DNA of 64,000 bases from a virus. The stretch lies in the IMG/VR virus record IMGVR_UViG_3300028394_003336; one strand, written 5' to 3'. Position 1 is the first letter of the stretch. Each line of letters begins with the position of its first letter. A program made the position numbers and the translations under genes. Under the pieces are notes generated by a model that made no database searches, had not been told where the DNA came from, and saw nothing but the letters and a program-made list of their open reading frames with translations. Positions 57,586 to 64,000 of this stretch are shown here, in pieces.

Positions 57586-58347
57586 ATGAAAACAATTGAA
57601 GAGGCAATCCAGTCTGTCAAAGACTTTGACTGGAAAAATTCAACTCAAGAAGAGATTGAAAATATTTTGCCTACGTTTGGAATGAATGACGAGCAGTTGT
57701 TTGAAATGCCGAAAGAATTTGAACCTAATATGGGTTGGGGAATCAAGTTTTGGCAATACCCAAATCAATTAAGTAAGTTAATTACATACCTCAGGGACAA
57801 AGAAATTAATTCTTATTTTGAGATTGGTGTAAGGTGGGGTGGGACTTTTATAATAATGAATGAAGTTCTAAGAACAAACAATCCATATATTGAATCATTT
57901 GCAAATGATTTTATTGACGCCTCAGAAATATTAGATACATATCAAAATAAATTTACAGGAAACAGATTCACTTATTTACAAAATGATTCTAACGACGTGT
58001 ATTTGTTTTATAATATAGGACCAAAAATACATAAACCAGAACCTCACATTGATTGTGTTTTTATTGATGGATGTCACCTATATTGGTGCATTAAAGAAGA
58101 TTATCAACGAGCACTAAATTTAGGTGCCAAGTATATTATATTTCACGATATTATCAGTCAATCTTCCGTACCATCAAAAATGGCATGGGATGACATCAAA
58201 AAGAAACACAGAAAAACTTACGAATTTACCGACCAATATGATTCAGTTAAAGGGACTTATTTAGGTATTGGTGTTGTAGAAGTCACAAAAGATGACGATA
58301 TATTTCCTTTCTATGAGGAATACTACCCACATTTGTTTGGAAAATAA
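57586..58347 (+). CDS. Class I SAM methyltransferase (Methyltransf_24-like)
   Basis: YFEIGV..GGT, D.VFIDG.H.Y....DY and IIFHDI. Confidence 0.8.
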   Translation: MKTIEEAIQSVKDFDWKNSTQEEIENILPTFGMNDEQLFEMPKEFEPNMGWGIKFWQYPNQLSKLITYLRDKEINSYFEIGVRWGGTFIIMNEVLRTNNPYIESFANDFIDASEILDTYQNKFTGNRFTYLQNDSNDVYLFYNIGPKIHKPEPHIDCVFIDGCHLYWCIKEDYQRALNLGAKYIIFHDIISQSSVPSKMAWDDIKKKHRKTYEFTDQYDSVKGTYLGIGVVEVTKDDDIFPFYEEYYPHLFGK

Positions 58348-58367
58348 CATATTTATACTTACCTTTG
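58336..58367 (+). promoter_or_regulatory. Promoter for tmRNA (host-type, with embedded TATTTAT)
   Basis: TTTG-N20-TACCTTTG, with TATTTAT at 58350-58356 inside the spacer. Confidence 0.7.
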
Positions 58368-58386
58368 TTTCAGTTCTTTAAAATAT

Positions 58387-58784
58387 GGGCCCGCCTTGGA
58401 TTTGATTTCAGGTGTCAGGGGTAGGTGGCATGTAGTCAGAATTCATCTATGACTTAAATCCATGGTGAAAAAATTCAAATGGCAATACTTTTGCTAAAAT
58501 GGCTGCTTTAGGTTTAACTAGAGAAGCTGTTACTGTTGGTGCTTAATTAGTACAGAACAGTCTCGGGTCGGTTAGGACATATAACCTAGGAACAGAAGTC
58601 CACTATAGGGGTCACAGGTCAGAGCTCCTTTAAAATAATTCTGAGACCAAGTTGTTTGCAGGTAGGTTTCTCACATACATCAGACCTGATATTTCGTAAC
58701 ATTGAGAAACAATGTTGTACTAAACATGTAGTCACTTATTGTTGAGCAGGAAACACAGCGGTTCGACTCCGCTCGGGTCCACCA
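58387..58784 (+). ncRNA. ssrA: tmRNA
   Basis: 5' GGGCCCG pairs with 3' CGGGTCC-ACCA including the G3:U70 Ala determinant; T-arm AGCGG-TTCGACT-CCGCT; GGATTTGA D-like loop; ~398 nt; tag frame 58481-58546. Confidence 0.93.
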
Positions 58785-58786
58785 CT

Positions 58787-58816
58787 TGGTAATCTGAAAA
58801 GATTACCATTTTTTTT
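58787..58816 (+). terminator. Terminator after tmRNA
   Basis: TGGTAATCT-gaaa-AGATTACCA followed by T8. Confidence 0.8.
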
Positions 58817-58821
58817 AAATT

Positions 58822-59211
58822 ATGAGTAAAATATGCGATATATGTAGTAACAAATGTTGGGGTAGTCCAGGCTATCACGGTAGTTGTTGCTCAATTGAAG
58901 ACCGTGATTTCATTATTGGTCCACATGCTGATTCCGAAGAATTCTTAACTAAATTGAATGAAAAATTTGGTCGTGAATTTGAATTTGATGAAATTTTTTA
59001 TAGTTACGAAAAAGGTAAAACTATTTTTCCAAATAAGTCAACTTGGCAAAATCCTAACTCATATCCTGCTTTAAAAATTAACTTTTCAAGTATGAAAAAA
59101 CCGTGTATTTTTTATAATACACAAATCAAAGCATGTTCAATTTACGAAATTAGACCAAAGACTTGTCAAGACTATATGTGTGACTATTTGAAGGAAAATA
59201 TATCATTATAA
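58822..59211 (+). CDS. YkgJ/CxxCxxCC-family metal-cluster protein
   Basis: CDIC...C...SCC, PCIFY and CSIYEIRP.TC..Y.C. Confidence 0.8.
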   Translation: MSKICDICSNKCWGSPGYHGSCCSIEDRDFIIGPHADSEEFLTKLNEKFGREFEFDEIFYSYEKGKTIFPNKSTWQNPNSYPALKINFSSMKKPCIFYNTQIKACSIYEIRPKTCQDYMCDYLKENISL

Positions 59212-59215
59212 TATT

Positions 59216-59244
59216 AAACCCTCATCTTCGGATGGGGTTTTTTT
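59216..59244 (+). terminator. Intrinsic terminator
   Basis: AAACCCTCATC-TTCG-GATGGGGTTTTTTT. Confidence 0.85.
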
Positions 59245-59272
59245 GTCACAAATTTTTACTATATTTGTGACA

Positions 59273-59623
59273 ATGAACAAATTATTTATCGGGTTATTTA
59301 TTTTTTTTATATATACAATATCCCAAATTTTCACTTTTTATCAATTACAAGGACACTTGTGGAATAAATGGATTAAAGAGAATCCATTTATGATGACACT
59401 GATTGGTATTCCAATTAGTTATTACGTTATTTTAGCTAGCAGACAAATGGTTAATTTATGGGATGGTCAAACTTGGCCAAATAGAATCATTGGATTTTGT
59501 CTTGGAGTTATTGTTTTTAGCATTATGTCTTGGTTTATGTTAAAAGAACCTGTTACCCTTAAAACATCGGTTTGTCTTTTATTAAGTTTTGTTATTCTTG
59601 GAATCCAATTGTTTTGGAAATAA
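59273..59623 (+). CDS. Small 4-TM membrane protein (DMT/SMR-like)
   Basis: Four hydrophobic segments and an LKEP motif; TATATTTG (-7 box) at 59260-59267; start ATG 59273. Confidence 0.55.
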   Translation: MNKLFIGLFIFFIYTISQIFTFYQLQGHLWNKWIKENPFMMTLIGIPISYYVILASRQMVNLWDGQTWPNRIIGFCLGVIVFSIMSWFMLKEPVTLKTSVCLLLSFVILGIQLFWK

Positions 59624-59638
59624 AAGGTATTTATGAAT

Positions 59639-61132
59639 ATGAAATTCATGGGTATCTTATTAACAGAAGGCAGAAAAGAAGATTTAAAGAAAAAATATGC
59701 CAACAAGTTTGAGGGTGGTACTGGGTTAGACTTTATTTTGAATATTTCCGATTTGGTAGACTTTAATCACAAATACACAGATTGGGTACTTAAAAATGTA
59801 GACCCTGAATCGGAAAATTTTGATGATGATGTTGAATATATTGTAGAATTGGTCAAAGATTTTGATAAATATTCAAGTCAATTTCCTAAAAAAGATATAA
59901 ATCAATACGTATCCTTAAATGAACTTGAAAGTGTAGTCAATTTTGTAAGAACCAAAAACAAGGATAAAGAATTAGAAGGACAAGCAAAAAAGATTTACGA
60001 AAAAGGTGACTTTGTAGTTATTCAACCAAAAACTGAGCAAGCATCTTGTAAATACGGTTCAAATACAAAATGGTGTGTATCATCAAAAGACTCAGGACAT
60101 TTTAATAGATACACCGCAGGTCGTCAAGGATTATATTTCATAATTAATAAAGCCAAGTCCACAAACAAAAAGTACTCAAAAGTTGCAATTCATTTTGATG
60201 ATGGTGGAGAACCAAGATATTGGGACTCCCAAGATTCACCAATGGGTCAAAGGGAGATTGAAATATTTGAATATGCGTTTGATGAAATGATTGACGCAAT
60301 AAAGGCAGATTATAGAATATTTGCGGGGTCAATGACTGATAAGTTTTTAACAGAAGCATTTAATTCTGTAGGTGAAACTTCTGCAGATAAAAAAAACTAC
60401 TTAAATTCAACTTATACTTTATCAACACTTGTTAGAGGATTTCAAAATTTATCTAATTCAGATTTTGGTCATACGGAAGGTATTTTAACCATATCTTTAG
60501 ACTCAGATAATGAGAATAAATTAATTGATGGATATAGAATTTTTGTCACATATAAATCTAAAGATGAAAAAAATTTCATCGCTAGTATAGGATTTATGGG
60601 TGATGATGATATAAGAGGAGATGACATTCAGGACCTTGGTCTTGAGGAGTGGGGAATTGATTCAACATACTATCTTGGTAAAACTCCTGCAGAAACCGCT
60701 GAAGGTGTTAGAAGACACATTGCACATAGAGTATTGGACCACATCGTAACTAATCCAAAACTTACACAAAAAGTCGTTGGGACATCAAAAGTTTGGAATG
60801 CATCTTACGGTGGATATAAGTTTAGTAAAAACAAAGGATTAATTAAAAAATTAGTTGATTATTTAGACAAAGGTGAAATCGGTACTAAGTTAGATTTCTT
60901 GGAAAATATAGGTAAACTTGATTCTAAAGTTGTTGACGGTAAAAAATTGTATTCCCATTCAGGAAGTGATAAATTCTACCCTTCGGTTAATTGGAGAGGT
61001 CAGTTTGCAACATTCTTTTCGGCAGCCAAAAATGCAGGAATTTTAAATTATAGAAAAGTAGGTAAGGACTTCTTATTAGTTAAAGGTCCTAATTTTGAAG
61101 CATTCAAATCAGGTGAGCTCAAAGCTCTTTAG
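59639..61132 (+). CDS. Hypothetical protein with PcfJ-like ASCKYG..TKWC domain and N-terminal LLTEG leader
   Basis: KDINQY, P.TE.ASCKYG.NTKWC and LYFII; TATTTAT 59628-59634. Confidence 0.55.
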   Translation: MKFMGILLTEGRKEDLKKKYANKFEGGTGLDFILNISDLVDFNHKYTDWVLKNVDPESENFDDDVEYIVELVKDFDKYSSQFPKKDINQYVSLNELESVVNFVRTKNKDKELEGQAKKIYEKGDFVVIQPKTEQASCKYGSNTKWCVSSKDSGHFNRYTAGRQGLYFIINKAKSTNKKYSKVAIHFDDGGEPRYWDSQDSPMGQREIEIFEYAFDEMIDAIKADYRIFAGSMTDKFLTEAFNSVGETSADKKNYLNSTYTLSTLVRGFQNLSNSDFGHTEGILTISLDSDNENKLIDGYRIFVTYKSKDEKNFIASIGFMGDDDIRGDDIQDLGLEEWGIDSTYYLGKTPAETAEGVRRHIAHRVLDHIVTNPKLTQKVVGTSKVWNASYGGYKFSKNKGLIKKLVDYLDKGEIGTKLDFLENIGKLDSKVVDGKKLYSHSGSDKFYPSVNWRGQFATFFSAAKNAGILNYRKVGKDFLLVKGPNFEAFKSGELKAL

Positions 61133-61343
61133 ATAATTTGCGAAAGTAGATATACAATCCAAAGAAAAGCCCCGCAATACAATACAAAACGAAGTTCGCT
61201 TTCCATAAACTTCCTGTCAGTAATATTAGGGAATACTGAACGGCATCGAACCCAAAAGGATTGAAAAACAATGCCAGCATTAAAAATATTTGAGAGAGAT
61301 TGTCTTGAAACGTTCTTCTCCACGTTTTTCTGTTTGTCACCAT
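61119..61343 (-). CDS. Small membrane protein
   Basis: Two to three hydrophobic segments with basic termini; TATTTAT 61396-61402 upstream; the overlapping frame 61129..61350 is also open. Confidence 0.5.
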   Translation of the reverse strand: MVTNRKTWRRTFQDNLSQIFLMLALFFNPFGFDAVQYSLILLTGSLWKANFVLYCIAGLFFGLYIYFRKLSKEL

Positions 61344-61411
61344 CTGTCATATTTTAACGTTTAAAATTTATGTCGTTTGACCTATCTTAATTAACATAAA
61401 TACTTATTTAA

Positions 61412-62029
61412 ATGAAAATGCAAACTTATACAATATCAGAAAAACATAAAACATTTGTGTGGTTACCTCCCAAATGTGCAACTAATTTAATATCATGGGT
61501 ATTAGGTTATTTTGAATTTTCGTCCGTTGTAATGGATACAGAAACTAATCAAATTCATAAGATAATACCAAATCAAACAACTCATTTTGGACATAATACA
61601 ATTTTTCCCCCGAATCATGATGAATTATTATTTATCTGTGCAATAAGAAATCCTTATTATAGAGCACTATCACTGTATCAGTATCAAAGTGATGCAAAAA
61701 ACCTAAGTGTTGATAATTTTGAAAAATTTATAGATGAAAGAATCGTAAAAAACACTATCTTACCTATATTCAAATTTTCATCTTTTTTTAAAGATAGAAT
61801 GCCCAATTATTTAATCAGAACTGAAAATCTATATGACGACATAATAAAAATACCATTTATCAGAGATTCTGATTTAACCAGTTCTGGTGTTTTAAAAAAC
61901 TTTTGCGATAAAAAAATAAACAAAAGTTATAACCAACTTAACCCTGATGAGTATCTAACACCACATATTAAAGAAATCATTTATAATATTTCTTCGGACC
62001 ATTTTGATTTATTTGGATATGAAAGATAA
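61412..62029 (+). CDS. Sulfotransferase family 2 protein
   Basis: PKCAT (5'-PSB), IRNPY.R..S.Y (3'-PB) and IR.ENL. Confidence 0.75.
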   Translation: MKMQTYTISEKHKTFVWLPPKCATNLISWVLGYFEFSSVVMDTETNQIHKIIPNQTTHFGHNTIFPPNHDELLFICAIRNPYYRALSLYQYQSDAKNLSVDNFEKFIDERIVKNTILPIFKFSSFFKDRMPNYLIRTENLYDDIIKIPFIRDSDLTSSGVLKNFCDKKINKSYNQLNPDEYLTPHIKEIIYNISSDHFDLFGYER

Positions 62030-62043
62030 TTTATTTATCTTTG
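62012..62043 (+). promoter_or_regulatory. Bacteroidota-type housekeeping sigma promoter
   Basis: TTTG-N20-TATCTTTG upstream of ATG 62050. Confidence 0.7.
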
Positions 62044-62049
62044 TAGACT

Positions 62050-62664
62050 ATGAAAGTCATATTTTTAGATAATGATGGAGTAATCTGTTTATCAAATAAT
62101 TGGGGGGGTCGTACAAAAAAATGGGCGAAATATCGCTCCGCAAATCCTGAGTCAAGTAATTTACTCAGCGAAGCGCCAGTTGATGTAAGATTTGATGATT
62201 TTGATAAGAAATCTATTAAAATTTTAAATGAAATTTTAGAAGAAACAGGAGCAGAGATTGTAGTATCTTCTGATTGGAGATTTCATGCAACTTTAGAAGA
62301 ATTAGGTGGGTATTATTTATCCCAAGGAATCTCAAAAAAACCAATCGGATTTACCAAAAAGTTAGGTCAATTTCAAGAACCTAAAAACTTCCCATGGTCT
62401 CGTCAGTGGAATTTAGAACAGTCAAGGTCCTTAGAGATACTTCAATACCTTAAAGACCATCCAGAGGTCACAGAATGGGTTGCAGTAGATGATTTGAATA
62501 TGGGAATACCACAGACTCACGAGAGTTGGGGTGAAATGGAAATGGATTGGGGTTTGACCAATTTTGTACTCACACCAAAAAGTAGTGAAGGGATTAAACA
62601 AACAGGATTAAAAGATAAAATCATAAAACTATTAAATGATGACAATACTACATCAGGTATTTAA
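62050..62664 (+). CDS. HAD-superfamily phosphatase (Swiss-Army-knife RNA-repair type)
   Basis: IFLDNDGV, IVVSSDWR and WVAVDD. Confidence 0.8.
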   Translation: MKVIFLDNDGVICLSNNWGGRTKKWAKYRSANPESSNLLSEAPVDVRFDDFDKKSIKILNEILEETGAEIVVSSDWRFHATLEELGGYYLSQGISKKPIGFTKKLGQFQEPKNFPWSRQWNLEQSRSLEILQYLKDHPEVTEWVAVDDLNMGIPQTHESWGEMEMDWGLTNFVLTPKSSEGIKQTGLKDKIIKLLNDDNTTSGI

Positions 62665-62767
62665 TTTAATAATAGGGCTTGTTTCTATTGTAATAATAAT
62701 TTTAGCAATTGCAGGGGGCGCATTTTGGTTGGGAGATAAAATGAATAAAGATGATAGATATAAATAA
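62636..62767 (+). CDS. Small single-TM protein (43 aa)
   Basis: Manual translation MMTILHQVFNLIIGLVSIVIIILAIAGGAFWLGDKMNKDDRYK*. Confidence 0.45.
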   Translation: MMTILHQVFNLIIGLVSIVIIILAIAGGAFWLGDKMNKDDRYK

Positions 62768-62936
62768 GATAGTTGAAGGAAGGTATGTAGGAGTTGCTCC
62801 TGAGGGGTTTGTCCTACTTCATGAAAAGACAATTCAAGATTTACAAGATTTTGAAATTTGGAAAGAGTGGAAAAATAAAATTCTTGAATTAGATTTAAAA
62901 AACAGAATTGAGATGGAAGAGTGTAAAAAGTCTTAA
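62751..62936 (+). CDS. Small hypothetical protein
   Basis: 61-aa ORF, co-oriented with neighbours. Confidence 0.5.
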   Translation: MIDINKIVEGRYVGVAPEGFVLLHEKTIQDLQDFEIWKEWKNKILELDLKNRIEMEECKKS

Positions 62937-62947
62937 GTTTCAAAACA

Positions 62948-63022
62948 GGGTCAAGTTGGTGTAGCCATCTGCAGTGGTAAACGGAAGCTAGCTCCTAGGT
63001 AATACCCACCAACCTCTGACCT
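62948..63022. ncRNA. Candidate structured RNA element
   Basis: GC-rich intergenic island with closing stems GGTCA/TGACC and GTTGGTG/CACCAAC enclosing small hairpins. Confidence 0.35.
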
Positions 63023-63038
63023 ATAATTTAAAAGCATT

Positions 63039-63428
63039 ATGAGTAAAGTAACAAAAAACCCCACATTATTTGTGGATATAGACGGTACAATTGTGAAGTA
63101 TCGTAAATTTAATGAATTAGCCACAGCAGTATTAACACCCATTCAAGATGTAATTGATTACGTAAATAACCATTACAATTCAGGGTCGGTGATAATTATA
63201 ACTACAGCACGTCCTTCAAGTTATGAGTTGATGACCAAACAAGAGCTTGAAACTCTTGGTGTAAAATATCATCAAATTGTTATGGACTGTGGAAGAGGTA
63301 CAAGAGTCGTTTTAAACGATATGGACCCTGAAAACCCAATCCAACGGGCTGTTGGAATAAACTTCATTAGAGACGGTGGATTTGAACCAATAGGTGGAAT
63401 CCCAGATATTAAATCGTATGAGTTATAA
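63039..63428 (+). CDS. HAD-superfamily phosphatase (small, capless)
   Basis: FVDIDGT and ITTARP. Confidence 0.7.
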   Translation: MSKVTKNPTLFVDIDGTIVKYRKFNELATAVLTPIQDVIDYVNNHYNSGSVIIITTARPSSYELMTKQELETLGVKYHQIVMDCGRGTRVVLNDMDPENPIQRAVGINFIRDGGFEPIGGIPDIKSYEL

Positions 63429-63780
63429 AGTATCACCAAAAAGACATTTAGCTAAAACAATTAGTTATAGAATTATCAGTACATTAATCGGATTTTTTGC
63501 CATGTGGTGGGCAACAGGAGATATTAGATTTGGAACCGCTTTTGGTTTTATTGAATTAATTTTCAAACCATTTTTATATTACGCCCACGAAAGGGTATGG
63601 TACAAATGGTTCAAATTTGGATTAGTTGAGGAAAAGAAACCCAAACCAAAAAAAGTTCAATTAAATGAAGTGGAGACTAAAGTCTTAGAAGAAGTTCAAC
63701 CTGAACCATTAAGTAAAGAACCAACAAATATAGTTCAACCTACAGGAAAAAAAGTATTAAGTTATTCATCTAATAGATAA
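63418..63780 (+). CDS. DUF2061-domain membrane protein
   Basis: RHLAKTISYRI..T...E...K..LYY.HERVW; start ATG 63418. Confidence 0.75.
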   Translation: MSYKVSPKRHLAKTISYRIISTLIGFFAMWWATGDIRFGTAFGFIELIFKPFLYYAHERVWYKWFKFGLVEEKKPKPKKVQLNEVETKVLEEVQPEPLSKEPTNIVQPTGKKVLSYSSNR

Positions 63781-63802
63781 ACCGAGTTCGCTCGGTTTTT
63801 TT
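63779..63802 (+). terminator. Intrinsic terminator
   Basis: AAACCGAG-TTCG-CTCGGTTTTTTT. Confidence 0.85.
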
Positions 63803-63830
63803 ATTTCAAATTGTTGTATTTATATAACAT

Positions 63831-64000
63831 ATGAGGAGCACAGACATTAAAAAAATACTTGAATCATTTGATAAAATTCTTAATGAGAATAAATCATTTG
63901 TTAATGAAGCCGCCATTAATTCACCATTAGACCAAACATCTGCTGGTTCAGGATTTGGACAAAGGTGGGGTAAATTGCATAATGGTGTTGATTTGGCAGC
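63831..64000 (+). CDS. M23-family metallopeptidase (5' part only)
   Basis: Manual translation MRSTDIKKILESFDKILNENKSFVNEAAINSP...SGFGQRWGKLHNGVDLA (S.FG.R...HxGxD); TATTTAT 63817-63823. Confidence 0.75.
   Translation, partial: MRSTDIKKILESFDKILNENKSFVNEAAINSPLDQTSAGSGFGQRWGKLHNGVDLA

Noticed and set aside
58750-58784. Stand-alone tRNA
   Set aside because: The T-arm and CCA pair with a 5' end ~400 nt upstream, so this is the tRNA-like domain of tmRNA
62653-63142. Minus-strand ORFs 62653..62943 and 62951..63142
   Set aside because: Antisense to better-supported plus-strand genes and the structured element; no recognisable motifs
1-64000. Alternative genetic code (stop-codon reassignment), seen in some large phages
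   Set aside because: Conserved genes (MCP, portal, terminase, ClpC) are intact in code 11 and coding density is high

Overview
This is a 64-kb slice of a large, AT-rich, T4-superfamily-like tailed phage genome using the standard genetic code. The host is very probably a Bacteroidota member: there are TTTG-N19/20-TAnnTTTG promoters, no Shine-Dalgarno sequences, a Bacteroidota-type bS21, a DUF4494-like gene and a tmRNA with a Gly resume codon. From left to right it holds (1) a GT60 polypeptide-GlcNAc-transferase-like gene missed by the ORF track, directly downstream of four Thr/Pro-repeat (mucin-like) genes; (2) a ~16-kb glycan cluster of GT2/GT4/GT10/GT11-like transferases, FkbM and TylF-like methyltransferases and a GDP-mannose 3,5-epimerase, interleaved with an exonuclease, dUTPase and PhoH; (3) a gp55-like late sigma factor and baseplate-type genes; (4) the head module (major capsid, scaffold, prohead protease, bS21, portal, large terminase) and a fifth mucin-like gene; and (5) an accessory block with a nucleotidyltransferase, KTSC, Hsp20, an N-domain-less ClpC, peptidases, tmRNA, a sulfotransferase, HAD enzymes and a partial M23 peptidase. 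The best candidate for an undescribed system is phage-encoded mucin-type O-glycosylation of virion proteins. Other notable signals are a recurrent TATTTAT late-promoter-like motif, a shared (I/L)xE-ending leader on many late proteins, an extended non-canonical tmRNA tag and two candidate structured RNAs. All family calls come from motif recognition by eye, not from database searches.
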